This document shows, piece by piece, positions 33,187 to 44,654 of a stretch of 64,000 nt of DNA; positions within the stretch are counted from its first letter, which is position 1; each line of letters opens with the position of its first letter. The notes beneath the pieces were generated by a model. That model was not told the DNA's origin and made no database searches. It saw only the letters and a list, made by a program, of their open reading frames with translations. Origin of the DNA: Paramoeba atlantica (Eukaryota > Protista > Discosea); contig CDRNVI010000065.1 of assembly GCA_977017575.1 (NCBI GenBank), positions 1 through 64,000 on the forward strand, read 5' to 3'. The position numbers and the translations under genes were made by a program.

Positions 33187-34413
33187 TCACGTCCTCTGAA
33201 GCTTTTCATCAACTTCTCGAAGTTTTCTCCTAAGAACGTCTTCAGAATCGTATTTTAAAACTTCAACTTTCCTATCGTCAAGTGCCTCACCGTACCTATT
33301 TTGACGAGTAAACCGTGTTCCGGTAGAGAACAATTTCTTTTCCTTCGAACGTACGTACGTTCCTGATATATCTCTTCCTGAATTTTCAACGGCCTTTTGA
33401 AGTCTTTGCTGATGTTTCACCCAATCGCTATCACTTGGATGTTTAGTTTCTTTTCCTCCAGTGGGGTGCAGAATGACACCCAATTCGTTTTCAGAGATAA
33501 CGATTTGCATAGCGCTGTGACCTACGCCAACCTCTGCGGTTTTTATTTTAATCAAATCTAAAAACTCACGTATCTTGCTCACTGCGCTTGGAGGGGAAAG
33601 AAATTTTGCACAAACAATGCGTACTTGCTTTCGCTTCGAAAGATCATCACGTATTCTCTGAGATCGCCACACCAAATCGTTGTGGGCTATGACATCCCGA
33701 ATGCTGTATTCCACGGGCTTTCCTTGTGATTTGATTATATTTCCAGAGGGAGAATTTCCAGTTGTCAAGTGATTGTCAATTTGTTTTAAAGCACGGCGAA
33801 CTTCATTTCGAATTTTACAATACCCAACGCCTTGATTTTCACCCAGCATAACCACATCTTGATCGCGTGACCTAGCATATACAATCGCGTCTTGAATCGA
33901 AAACTTCCGTTTGTCTGCATCGGGTTTAATGTCTTTCCCATCTGGCGTCTCTACTGAAGTGATAACTACCCTCTCGCAAGGAATATACTCATTAATCGGT
34001 GTTTTACGAAAATACTCGCGAAGAGCGCTTAACGCAGCTCGATTATTTTTCTGATCCGACGGAAGAATATTGCTGATCATTTGCTCATATTGCGAAGGAC
34101 TTGGAATCATTTTTGCTCTTCTTTGCATCTCGTGCTGCACTTGTAAGTCATTCAGAACGCCTTGCGAGAAATCAACTTCCTCAACATGCTCATCAGAATC
34201 GGTTTCTGTGCAATAACGACGAACAGCTGTGTAAATATGCAAATGCAGAATAGGGTAACGATTACTCCTTCTCATATTCAGAGAATTGGACTCGAAAAGT
34301 GGTATCTTCGGTCGAAATCCCCCGAGGGTATGACATGTTATGTTTGATGCTTCTGAATATTGTGACATCATGTACACACACGGGAAAGTTGGTTTCGGAC
34401 GTGCTCGAAACAT
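33187..34413 (-). CDS. Mitochondrial translation initiation factor IF3-like protein
   Basis: Basic N-terminal presequence; IF3-N-like SIQDAIVYARSRDQDVV...CKI; IF3-C-like IRDVIAHNDL...LSKRKQVRIV. Confidence 0.7.
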   Translation of the reverse strand: MFRARPKPTFPCVYMMSQYSEASNITCHTLGGFRPKIPLFESNSLNMRRSNRYPILHLHIYTAVRRYCTETDSDEHVEEVDFSQGVLNDLQVQHEMQRRAKMIPSPSQYEQMISNILPSDQKNNRAALSALREYFRKTPINEYIPCERVVITSVETPDGKDIKPDADKRKFSIQDAIVYARSRDQDVVMLGENQGVGYCKIRNEVRRALKQIDNHLTTGNSPSGNIIKSQGKPVEYSIRDVIAHNDLVWRSQRIRDDLSKRKQVRIVCAKFLSPPSAVSKIREFLDLIKIKTAEVGVGHSAMQIVISENELGVILHPTGGKETKHPSDSDWVKHQQRLQKAVENSGRDISGTYVRSKEKKLFSTGTRFTRQNRYGEALDDRKVEVLKYDSEDVLRRKLREVDEKLQRT

Positions 34414-34718
34414 TTGTTTGATGTGCTAATAGGAAAAATATAGAGAGCTACTTGGAAAATGACAATATCCCTTTTATAAGATTATGACACTTATTAGTGC
34501 TTTTTGTAAGCTATTTGTGCGCCTGTTTATGATAGCCCTCGAGTAGGGACTGAGTTGGTTTCGGACGTGCTCGAAACATTTGTTTGATGTGCTAATAGGA
34601 AAAATATAGAGAGCTACTTGGAAAATGACAATATCCCTTTTATAAGATTATGACACTTATTAGTGCTTTTTGTAAGCTATTTGTGCGCCTGTTTATGATA
34701 GTCCTCGTGTAGGGACTG
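34387..34718. repeat. 166-bp tandem duplication covering the IF3 start codon and upstream acceptor
   Basis: 34387-34552 and 34553-34718 are near-identical. Confidence 0.95.
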
Positions 34719-34749
34719 CAAGCACTTCAATCAAAGAGAGGATTGCCTT

Positions 34750-36861
34750 CTAGGAGTACTTAATAATGGTTTCTGCTTCTTGTAATATGGGATACTTTTT
34801 TCTAACTAGCATTTCTATTTTATGCCCTTGGGAAAAGGTTCTCGTCCGGGATAGACCGCAACACGACCATAGCGCCGTCAAAAGCGTACTTTTTTCGCGC
34901 ATTTTTTCAAGTTTAATAGCCCGCATCATACACTCACGGAGTTTGGAAGCTGTTTTTTTGCGCCATCTTGTGACGTCAGACTCATTATCTACAGAGGAAA
35001 CTTCATCATGAATGTTTTTTTGCAAAAAGTCTTTCTGAAGTTTCAGCTGAGTTATTTTTCTTTGCAAAGCCACATATTCTTGATATTTTTGCAAAACACG
35101 CAGATTTAAATGCTTCGAAGAATTTCCAGAGCTTAGGGTTGGTAAATTATTCTCTGATGCGTGCGACGTAGAATATCGCAAACGGAGAATTTTTTCTCTC
35201 AACTTCTCATCACTTGTAGTTTTCTCGACATTTAAATTATCTTGCTGTTCTACCTTCTTACTTCTGCAATTTACACTTCGAGCTCTGTAATTCTTTTTGC
35301 GTGAAGTAGTATCATTCCTTCCCCTTGTTTCAGAGTTTGAAGACGTCACGGCTGAATAAAGCAAGAAACTTTGCAAGGATTCTATTTTGCGATCCATTTT
35401 TCTAGCTTCTTCATTCGCCTTGTCGTATTTGCACGTTTCTTTTGTTATTAGGCCTTGTAAGCCGACTTCTACTTGTTGGGATTCCACAACTTGTGCCTGG
35501 TGAATAAGTTCAGCCTCTTCTACAAGACGTTGAATCGTGTCCTTGTATTTTGCTAGTAGAGAATTGTGAGACAATACTCGAACTTGTGAAGGATAATTCG
35601 ACACTTTTCGCGCGTTACTTCCAAAGTGTAAAGTACAGAGAGACTCTTTTTGCTCGTTTGGATTAATTGTGCAAATAACAAGAGTAAATGCTGAACCACC
35701 TATCGTGTGATGCAGAAGTCGCGTTAGCTTGCTATCGCGATACGGAATTCGCGTAGAATTGCGACCCGGAGACGCTAATGCTGTAGAATTCTGGGAATGA
35801 GTACTTTGCTTAGAGGCTGACTGAGCTGCAACCCTGACGCAGCTTTCGAGTGCGAGAAGACTCTTTCGGATATTTTTTCCTTCGCGCACACGAGTCGTCA
35901 GCTTTTTTGCGCGTTCCCCTTCTTGCCAACGTTGAGCTATATTGCTCTTCCTTTCACGCTCTTCGACAGCGAATTCACTACTCTCCTCGGTGAGATTTGT
36001 CGGAGTTTCATTTCCCGCCGTGTCGACAATACTTAAAGTGGAAAGACGAACGGATTGATCGGACGCGTTTCGAGATTCAAAAATAAACCGAAAGATGGTA
36101 TGAGAGCGACTCGCATCAATGTGAGCATCATTCGGCGCAACCAAACGCCTGTGCTCTCCCAGATCAAGCAGATTCATGACGTCCTCTACATTACGAACCA
36201 AGACCTCGCGAGCATGTAACACAATTGTCCCTCTATCAGGGTCTTTTACAATTGTAGGATAGAACAATAGGTCCTTTGAAGTCGAGCGGGAGGCTAATAA
36301 TTCTTGCCCATCTGTCTCCAAGCAATCACTGGAATTGTATGCCAAGACTTCTCGATGTAACAAATCCCGTATCTGCTCATTGTATAGCTCCAAAAAAGAA
36401 ACGCGAAGCAGAGAAACGCACTCAGTTTGATTTTCAATTTCATTGAAAAAGTCTTGTGCGGCTTGAGAAATTACCCCCGGAGAAGTGCGGCATCCATGAA
36501 GGGTATGCGTCTTTCCTGAATTCGTCTGTCCAAACGCGTAGATGCACGCATCATACCCGTCAATCGTGTTTCGTACGAGTTCATGCGCCCCGGAATGGTA
36601 AATATCCTCATTCGTGGAGGAGGGACCGAAAACGTTCTCGTAGGTACCCACAAGATCCATGTTCTCCCCGGCTTGATATACGCTGTGGTCATCCCATTTC
36701 CACTCGTGTTGTAGACCCCTATCTGGTCGGACGACATGCATGAAATGAGGATTCACCAGGGGCTCGCAAGGAGGACGAATACGAACCACCACGCGAACAG
36801 GTGCCACCAAACCACGGTCGGCGTGTGGACTACACGTTGTGCGAAACGGAGATGAGTTCAT
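34750..36861 (-). CDS. N-terminal kinesin motor protein with coiled-coil tail
   Basis: RVVVRIRP, P-loop GQTNSGKT, VSFLELYNE, switch I ASRSH, switch II DTAGNE, IPYRDSKLTRLL. Confidence 0.95.
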   Translation of the reverse strand: MNSSPFRTTCSPHADRGLVAPVRVVVRIRPPCEPLVNPHFMHVVRPDRGLQHEWKWDDHSVYQAGENMDLVGTYENVFGPSSTNEDIYHSGAHELVRNTIDGYDACIYAFGQTNSGKTHTLHGCRTSPGVISQAAQDFFNEIENQTECVSLLRVSFLELYNEQIRDLLHREVLAYNSSDCLETDGQELLASRSTSKDLLFYPTIVKDPDRGTIVLHAREVLVRNVEDVMNLLDLGEHRRLVAPNDAHIDASRSHTIFRFIFESRNASDQSVRLSTLSIVDTAGNETPTNLTEESSEFAVEERERKSNIAQRWQEGERAKKLTTRVREGKNIRKSLLALESCVRVAAQSASKQSTHSQNSTALASPGRNSTRIPYRDSKLTRLLHHTIGGSAFTLVICTINPNEQKESLCTLHFGSNARKVSNYPSQVRVLSHNSLLAKYKDTIQRLVEEAELIHQAQVVESQQVEVGLQGLITKETCKYDKANEEARKMDRKIESLQSFLLYSAVTSSNSETRGRNDTTSRKKNYRARSVNCRSKKVEQQDNLNVEKTTSDEKLREKILRLRYSTSHASENNLPTLSSGNSSKHLNLRVLQKYQEYVALQRKITQLKLQKDFLQKNIHDEVSSVDNESDVTRWRKKTASKLRECMMRAIKLEKMREKSTLLTALWSCCGLSRTRTFSQGHKIEMLVRKKYPILQEAETIIKYS

Positions 36862-37384
36862 GGGAGGAGCTTGGAAATTCTAAAAGTGGAGCGGTGAACG
36901 TGGGTCCGCAAAGTACCCAACTAGGAGCCTGTACGCATTCTGTAAGTAGTGCATTTCGTATGGGTTGTATTTTTGGTATGTTAGTTACCCAAAAGTTAAC
37001 AAAGGGTTATGTACCTACAAAACACATTTTTTTGATTGCAAGAAGGAGAGTTACTCAATGCCAATTTCACAAAGATTATCGAAAAAACATATCGTGCATT
37101 ACAAATTTTGAGCATTTGTAACCAGATGACTTTGGAAGTATTAGAATCAATATGACGCTAATACAACCAACAGAAACGTCACTGGATTCTATTCAGTGTT
37201 ACAAATGTGAATAAGCAGCGGCTTCTATAAGCACCTTATACACACAAGAGACAATAAAATCTTATTTCCACGTGGAAACCGTACAATGTCTTTATTATCA
37301 ACTTTAGAAGTTTTAGACACAACCACACGCAAATCATCCACGTGAGCGAAAAGACAATGCGTGCATACTAAACTACTGGGTAAA

Positions 37385-37945
37385 CTAACCCATATTCTGC
37401 TTGTATTTAATCAAAAAATCAAAGAAACCGTACCCTGCGGACATCCCCAGCGCAAGCGAGAAGCCCGACACAAGAGGTTTTAGTCCCCAATTCACCAGAA
37501 AATTCTCACGCACTCTTTTCATATTGTATTCCAGAGAGGAGTACTCCGAAGAGCACGAGGAGGAGCCTTTCTGCGAGCCCCACGCCCGGGGAGCTCGTCC
37601 CGAGAGCTCCGGGTCCCCAAACGAGGCGGTCTCATCCCGTGGGGCCGTCATGTTTGAAGACAAAGGAGAACTCAGCGCTTTTTGCGTAAGAAAATTTGGT
37701 CGTTGCGCCCCTCGAGGTGCATGACGTAAATGAGGTAAATTACTCCGTAGCGGCGCCGGGGTCTGGGAGGCGCCGCGTATTTGAGAGAGCGTTGGGGTGC
37801 GGGACTCACTGATACCTCGGTAGGGTGACGCCCGCTCGGCGGAAGTGGTCTTCTTCCCTGCTGCAAACCCTTTTTCTAATCGAGAGACGCGTTCAAGTAT
37901 CGGGGGAGGTTTTGATGAGGGGGTAGAACCCGAGTTCGGTTTCAT
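37385..37945 (-). CDS. Hypothetical protein, disordered N-terminus, C-terminal hydrophobic helix
   Basis: 186-aa ORF co-oriented with its neighbours; LVSGFSLALGMSAGYGFF near the end. Confidence 0.6.
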   Translation of the reverse strand: MKPNSGSTPSSKPPPILERVSRLEKGFAAGKKTTSAERASPYRGISESRTPTLSQIRGASQTPAPLRSNLPHLRHAPRGAQRPNFLTQKALSSPLSSNMTAPRDETASFGDPELSGRAPRAWGSQKGSSSCSSEYSSLEYNMKRVRENFLVNWGLKPLVSGFSLALGMSAGYGFFDFLIKYKQNMG

Positions 37946-38187
37946 GGGAGGAGAAATACAGTACGTTGATACTCAAAAAATAATAGAAGGTTGTGGTTAC
38001 GTAGTGACCTCCGATGACATTGACAGTAATAAAAGCCACTAGCTCAATCCTTGTATCACGTTAGAAATATTAAACTTCATTTACGCGAAATGTTTTACTA
38101 ATTTGTTTTGCAGAAAAATTGCAAACACCCACTTTCATCCAGTTACACCTTTTCTTCTCATACTTCCACAATTTTTCCTTTCTTCAC

Positions 38188-38712
38188 TTAGTACGATTTA
38201 GGGCGCATGGTAGAAAACTTGAGACCCTTTGGTAACTTTGGCAACGTATGCTTCAACGGAAATTTGACATCAACTTGAGCAAATTGCTGCATGTTCTTGT
38301 TGCGTACCTCCTTATCGTGAACGCTCTTCACTCCAACAACGTTGATGTCAAAATACTTTCCACGATTGCGCGAGGCAGTATCGATGTACGCCTGCGACAC
38401 AGCACTCCCACGAGAGACGTCACGAAATTCCTTGCGAATGTTGACAAAGCCGACACGGCGGTTGTACACCTTCATCGAGACCTCATAGTTTTTTACTTTG
38501 CCTGGCTTGGACGCAGGAATTTCCTTGCACCCCAGAAGCTCACCACTGGTGCGCTTAATGCTCTTCAAAGAGCGTAAGTGATACCAGAAACGAGATTTTG
38601 CGACCACGTAGTTCGGAGCGAAGATTCGCATAGCATAAATTTCCGGATCACGGTTGGCGGTCGACGGCTGGCGACGTCCCGTAATTTCATACTCACGCAA
38701 ATATGGCCCCAT
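38188..38712 (-). CDS. RPL18A: 60S ribosomal protein L18a (eL20)
   Basis: LREYEITGRR, MRIFAPNYVVAKSRFWY, KEFRDV, VKFPL. Confidence 0.95.
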   Translation of the reverse strand: MGPYLREYEITGRRQPSTANRDPEIYAMRIFAPNYVVAKSRFWYHLRSLKSIKRTSGELLGCKEIPASKPGKVKNYEVSMKVYNRRVGFVNIRKEFRDVSRGSAVSQAYIDTASRNRGKYFDINVVGVKSVHDKEVRNKNMQQFAQVDVKFPLKHTLPKLPKGLKFSTMRPKSY

Positions 38713-38736
38713 TGAGTTTTGTTTTGATTAAAATAC

Positions 38737-38790
38737 TAATAAGAAAATAATGAGAAATAATAAGAAGATAAATATAAATTGTCTTCAATA
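38737..38790 (-). promoter_or_regulatory. Polypyrimidine tract plus AG (candidate trans-splice acceptor) for RPL18a
   Basis: Minus strand TTTATCTTCTTATTATTTCTCATTATTTTCTTATTAG, 24 nt before the ATG. Confidence 0.6.
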
Positions 38791-38950
38791 GCCCAATTGC
38801 GTGTTTACTCGTGAAAAGAATACTTCAAAAAAAATCATAGAACATACAGCAGAAAATTTAAGTGACAAGTTTATGTGGCCACACATTTTCGAACCTGAAA
38901 TATTCAGCATAAGAGCGAGTTATTTGTATGCCCTTTTTAGGTAAAGTTCT

Positions 38951-39517
38951 TTATTGCTGTTGAAAAAAGTTACACAGATGATCAGTAGGCTTCGCGCCTG
39001 GAACGTCCGTGTCATCGGAGGCCATGTATGATAGGGCAGAGTCATATGACTTAGCAGGTTCGTTACTTTTCAAAATGCAATAATGGGGAAAAGAGCACTG
39101 ATATCCAGTACCCTCAGTATTTCTTCGAACGTAACGCGCGCTTCTAATTTGAAAATGCTGACTGCACAAGATTTCACTATTAACATCCCTCTGTAAGATT
39201 GCGCCTACATCTTCCACTGGCCCTCCTCGAAGACAGCTTGAGGAAGCCTTGCAAGCATAATATTCTGTAAGTGGTTTTACTAACCCACACTCTGAGGTAT
39301 ACCGAATTCGAGCATGACGAATACAATACACTTGAGGTGGGAAAGTGTTTTGCGGCGTAGACAAAGCCGTATCATAGTCTGTAAAAGGCACAGATGATGT
39401 TTGATGATCTGGAAGGGAATGTATACGCTGAGCAACGATAGGTGTCATCGGAAGTGGCTCATGAATGGAATGTTTGACTAATCTATCCGCCTCCTGAATG
39501 TTATCATAATTTACCAT
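38951..39517 (-). CDS. Hypothetical protein with two C-x2-H-x3-R-x15/16-C-x5-C motifs
   Basis: CIRHARIR...CKASSSC and CSQHFQIR...CSFPHYC. Confidence 0.65.
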   Translation of the reverse strand: MVNYDNIQEADRLVKHSIHEPLPMTPIVAQRIHSLPDHQTSSVPFTDYDTALSTPQNTFPPQVYCIRHARIRYTSECGLVKPLTEYYACKASSSCLRGGPVEDVGAILQRDVNSEILCSQHFQIRSARYVRRNTEGTGYQCSFPHYCILKSNEPAKSYDSALSYMASDDTDVPGAKPTDHLCNFFQQQ

Positions 39518-39682
39518 TTACTAGATTTTGCTTAATTGATAGACCTTGGGGGACATAAAGATATGAAGATTGATTTTGAACGCAGAAGGTTTTTCTAAAA
39601 TAACCCTTATCGATTTCACCAATGAAAGGTTCTCAACCTTGATATAAAACAACTACGGTGAGTAAATTCACCGAATTTAACT

Positions 39683-41290
39683 TCATAATTTTTTTTCCCT
39701 TTTTCCAAAGTAAGCTCTCTTAAAATCGACCGCGTCACAAATGGCTGGAAAAATTGCTGCAACAAAAAGTAAGAATCGAGAAGCGTCGGTACTGTCACGA
39801 ACATCCACACCAGCTTCCATGAGAAGAGTATTCATGTCAGAATAAATAGTTTCCTCATTCTCCGGAAGTAGGGAAAAACTTTGGATCTGCTGTGTTACAT
39901 GTGAACTCAATTGATCGCTTCGGAAGATGGCGAGTGCTAGTCGTTGACATGCATCACGTAGAATAAATTTAGCGCCGAAACCGACCCCGGAAAGTGCAGA
40001 TGATGTGAGCATGGCAATCTCCTCAAAGAATGTCGTTGAATTGGTTGAGGTTGATCGGATACTAAAAGATACGTCTTCGATGTAACCAGAACGAACGTGA
40101 AAAGATGTTTTTTCTATCCCACGATTATGTAATATCTTCTGCCAAAGAGAGTCTTCCCTTTGACCCTTCAAATTCAGTTTACTACATAAGGAAACTTGGA
40201 ACACAGCTCCTGCACCCCGAATCCATTCCCAAGAGCCCAACTCTTTTATTCGATGGTGTATATCAGCGCATGAATGTTCCCCAGAATCCACTTTTTGAAT
40301 TTCTCCTTGTACATTCTGTGTCTTGCAATTTGTTTTAAGTGCTGTGAAAAGGTTCTTCCCTGGAGCAACATGGTCGTATACATCATAGGCGCAGTAACTT
40401 CCATTCGACCCGTATTCCGTCCAAAAGGCTTCCTGTACGAGTTCACTGGTCAAGAGAAAGAGATCGGACTGGGGCGTGCAGTCTAAAGAATTCCCAGAAG
40501 CCTGAACCAGATTGGTGACTGAGCTTCGGACAGAGGGAGATCCCTTGGACTGCACCTCACAAGAGGACTGATTTTGAAAGAGGGGCCGTAGGGATTCACT
40601 AACTTTTGCGAGGTCCGAGTGTACAAGGATGGTTCCGTGATGATAGGCCGCTCTGTGTACAATGCGCATAGCACTACCAGTAATTTTCTTTCCCGCAACA
40701 AATAAATCGCTTCGTGGCGTGCTCGTTATATCAAGGCTTGACTCGCTCTTTCCGTTTTGTTTCAATTGTGTGTAAATTAACTTTTCAACTGCTTGGCGTA
40801 CGACACCAAGGCTTCTCGCAGGATTGTATTTAGATCGAGAGGTAATAATACTAAAGCAAAGACACCCGGAATCGTGATACACACAACCACCACCGCTAAT
40901 ACGACGCAACACAAGTGGACTTGTACTGGCGCCATCGTTAAAATGCATTTCTTCTGGGTGCAAATGTCTTGTTTCCATCCAGGAAACCTGATTTCGACCC
41001 ATGACAACGCACGGGTATCTACTGCGGTAGAGAAACAGAATAGATCCCAAAGAATCTACTCTAGGGTTGGTGTCGCAAACTCCGTAGACTGTCGGAAACA
41101 GCCGGAGCAACTGCTCTTCAAGAGCGAAATGAACGGTCGGATGCAGTCCTTGGCAATCGTCCTTGACGTAGGCTGTGTCCAGGCATCGAAGAACACAATT
41201 ACGCCCACTGGCTATGTGATGAGAGACATCGGCAAGGCAAGCCTCTAAATTTTGAGCTAATCCAGCGCTACTTAATGCAACAATTGTCAT
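39683..41290 (-). CDS. Lipoate-protein ligase A-like protein
   Basis: VVMGRNQ, RRISGGGCVYHD, KKITGSA, HHGTIL. Confidence 0.92.
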   Translation of the reverse strand: MTIVALSSAGLAQNLEACLADVSHHIASGRNCVLRCLDTAYVKDDCQGLHPTVHFALEEQLLRLFPTVYGVCDTNPRVDSLGSILFLYRSRYPCVVMGRNQVSWMETRHLHPEEMHFNDGASTSPLVLRRISGGGCVYHDSGCLCFSIITSRSKYNPARSLGVVRQAVEKLIYTQLKQNGKSESSLDITSTPRSDLFVAGKKITGSAMRIVHRAAYHHGTILVHSDLAKVSESLRPLFQNQSSCEVQSKGSPSVRSSVTNLVQASGNSLDCTPQSDLFLLTSELVQEAFWTEYGSNGSYCAYDVYDHVAPGKNLFTALKTNCKTQNVQGEIQKVDSGEHSCADIHHRIKELGSWEWIRGAGAVFQVSLCSKLNLKGQREDSLWQKILHNRGIEKTSFHVRSGYIEDVSFSIRSTSTNSTTFFEEIAMLTSSALSGVGFGAKFILRDACQRLALAIFRSDQLSSHVTQQIQSFSLLPENEETIYSDMNTLLMEAGVDVRDSTDASRFLLFVAAIFPAICDAVDFKRAYFGKREKKL

Positions 41291-41520
41291 ACATAGTTGT
41301 ATGTTAAAAAATCATTGATCTATCAATTTTACAGAATCTGTAAACATTTTACAGAATCTCTCAGATGTAATATTTTTTTTAATGTATTAAAAAATATAAA
41401 AAATTGAGTTCACGTAGTTGCCAACAAGAGCAAAAAAATTAAATAAATAAACCATTGAAAACGGGATGTTTATATTAAACATTGTTTATGAACATATTAT
41501 AAACTTTGTAATTATACATA

Positions 41521-42264
41521 CAGGGGTGAAAACTTCCATCTGGGGGGGTCTAAAATTTGCAAAACTTTTTCAATTTCGGAAAATAATACCGCATTCGAGA
41601 GCTTTCGCAGAGTTGCATGTCTTTGCACTGGTAGCTTTTGACGTATCAAATTAGAACTCCAAATACCGAATAGGCCAAAAAAGCAAATTATCACTTAAGG
41701 AATAATAAAAAATCTCAGATATTTTTAGGAAACATTATTTTAAAACCCGTGTCGCATCCACAATATGCACCCTTCTTTTCTACGATGATTCTACAACGTT
41801 TTCTGAAGTTTTTAAACTTATTATCAAACTTATCTTTGTCTTTTGCCTGAAGTTTATCGTAAAAAACATGAATCATTCCACCCAGAGTTTCACAGTTCCC
41901 TAGTGAACCCAAATACTTTGGTAAGTCCGGGAATAAGACTGTGTTTTCTCGAAGTCGGCCACAAGCAGTAATCTTTGGTGTTCTTTAATCTTCCCTGGCA
42001 AGCATAAGAACGGGCGTTCGAAACACCATGAGAATTCCTTGAGCGAACTCGCTTTTGGGGCGTAAAATGGGGCAAAAATGAAAAATTGCCATATTTTCAC
42101 AAGGAAAAAAACATGTTTTTTTCTCATCGGGTTAAATCTTTCAAGCCGAGCGTTCCGAATACGCCAAAGACATACAACTCTGCGAGACCTCTCCAATGCG
42201 CTATTATTTTCCAAAATTGGACAATTTTTACAAAATTTAGACCCTCCCTAGATGGAAGTTTTCA
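41521..42264. mobile_element. MITE family 1 long member, right end clipped
   Basis: TA|CAGGGGTGAAAACTTCCATCT... and ...AGATGGAAGTTTTCA; arms share the TCTAAAATTTG...GCATTCGAGAGCT block with 28831 and 54278. Confidence 0.8.
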
Positions 42265-42826
42265 GAACAATCCGGCGAATTTCAGAACAATCCGGCCCTT
42301 TCAGAACAATCCGGCGAATAGTTCTTATGTGACTAGGAAAGTGCAAGAGACGTTGTGAAGAAGATGCTCAGTATTGCAACATTGAACGTGACCACTTCAA
42401 AGCCGAAGAAGAGAGAGAGAAGAAAAGTAGTTTTTAAAGGACGCAGCTAATCAACGACGATACGGCTTGCATAAATTATGGGATGATTTTTCATAGTCGT
42501 TGCGCACAGACATACGCAGTAGTACACATGAGGGGCTGCGGGTCGCGAGGTTTCGCATGCACAATAATTTTGTAGGGGTGATCACCGGAAAATATTGATT
42601 ATCTATGCCTTATTTTAGCGAAGTGTTCTTTTGATTTATGTACACATCCATGTATACTGTACCCCAGTTATCAGTCACCCCTCCCCCCCCCCCCTATTTA
42701 TCAGCCACTATTTGGCACTTCGTTTTTTTTTTCGTCGACCACCCCCCCTAGTTATCTGTCACATTTTAAAAATAGTAATTTTAAAAATCCAGGCATAAAG
42801 GGGCGAGGGAGATACCAAGCAACAGA

Positions 42827-44654
42827 CACACCCTGGAGTAAGTGGCTTGTAAGTTACAATAGCCCACTTACAAGGTTGTAAGTTACAATTTTAACTTACA
42901 GCCTTGTAAGTAAATTTCAGGACATGTAAGTAAGAAATAATTCCTTAACATTTAGCAAATTGGGTAAATTGGTGGCGCATTCAAGAGCAACGAAAGGCAT
43001 GTTCACATAAAATGGGGCAATGATGATGGATATGACACCTATTTTCAATATTCAGGACAAAACAAGAAGACGCATATGTCTTTGTGTAAGACGTTAGTAA
43101 GCACAAGTAAGCAAGTTAGTGAAGTAGTATGTGAATTAATGCAACGGCTATCCTTTTTCATTCGTTTATGTACTCGCTGGTTGCCTGGCTAAGTTAAAGG
43201 AGTGCTCTGTTCGATCATGCAGGAAGTGATTTCAATGATAATGTAACGGTCTAGTAAAAGTATATAAAGATATATTGTAAAAAACAACGTCGTGCGATCG
43301 CTTTTCTTTCATGGTACACGTATTTTAAGATAAAAAACGTGAATTCGAATACCTAGAGAGGGTTTACGTAACACTAAGTAAAACCACAGAAAAGTTAGAT
43401 ACGACGTATAAAAAACGTTGCTGTGGACGGGAAAAGCTCGGGAAGGTGAGGTGCGCTATACCCCAACACTGTCGTACAATGCCCCTGACCTCCGGCCACG
43501 TTCGTGTCCGCCAAAATATATTGCAATAACAATCTTGAAAAGAGATATCATGCTGTATTCGGAACAGAACAATAATCGCATAGTATTTAATTTAAGGACT
43601 TATTCCTCGACGTCAAAGTCTTTATAATCCCCCACAAAAAACTTATTAAGGTTTCCTCTGATGAACATTTGGGTAGCAATCATGTCGGAATCTAAGCATG
43701 ACTGTCTGGGGTCATACTTCCACCCCATTATGGATAAAAGAGAACCGCAAGCAGTTACAATGGGAGGCACCAAGTAGTGTCTAGCTGCTTCGTATATAGC
43801 AGGGAACTTATCGCAACCAAGTCTCCGACCATTTCCACGCAGTGGTATGTTGCTCAGGGTGCCACTCATAATTTTGGCATGTTATGTAGTCTGACCACTC
43901 CCCGGCGCTGATTTGAAATAAGGGCTCACCGCTATGGAAAAGATCGTTTGCTTCGCTTGGAAAAGATCGTTTGGACAACCTGATTGTCCGAGGTATGTTC
44001 GTTAACTTGATCATCCAGTATCTGTTCTTATGTTGGGTATATGTTTGAATACACTTGCTGTGAAATATGGTAAAACACAGGTTGCACACTGCGTGACGCC
44101 TCTGATTCGCAGGGTCTTTTAAATATGTGCCGGCTTCGGATCTACGATCCAATTCCTTTTTACATGATTTTGATTTAACGTCATCGGTAAACGAGCAAAG
44201 CTCATAGGAGAAAAAATTGTGCAGCTTCCCATGTTTTAGAGGGTCTTTCACGTTTCCGGTGTGTGTTTTAGACTTCGTAGTGTTCCTGGTTGGGGTGAGC
44301 TCCGAGGACAGTGCAGCTTGAGACCGCGACTCAAGCAATGAGCCGGAGAGATCCTGAGAAATTAGTCTCCGCACCTGAGAAGCACTTGGTGTTGCCGGTG
44401 ACGCTTTTGAATTTGCCATTTCCTGTGATTCAGTTTGGTTGTCGGACGACCGCTTAGTTCTGGAACGTGTACTTGCCTTGCCTGGGCTCATAAGGATAAG
44501 GTATAACAGTTGAAGACTTGACAAAAAACTAGTTTATTGCAATAGCATCTTTGATTACTTTCATCTACAATAAGTTTAATGAAACAAAAAAAATACATTA
44601 TACTACATTGTAGGTTGTAAGTTGTAACTTACAAGCCACTTACTCCAGGGTGTG
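42827..44654 (-). mobile_element. Internally deleted hAT-like transposon, 33-bp TIR, 6-bp TSD
   Basis: CACACCCTGGAGTAAGTGGCTTGTAAGTTACAA at both ends; AACAGA at 42821-42826 and 44655-44660; the intact opposite arm has a single AACAGA. Confidence 0.88.
43600..44524 (-). pseudogene. hAT transposase remnant (BED-finger-like region plus C-terminal dimerisation domain, no catalytic core)
   Basis: AVCNLCF...TQH; WKW...KFPAIYEAARHYL...SCLDSDMIATQMFIRGN. Confidence 0.65.
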
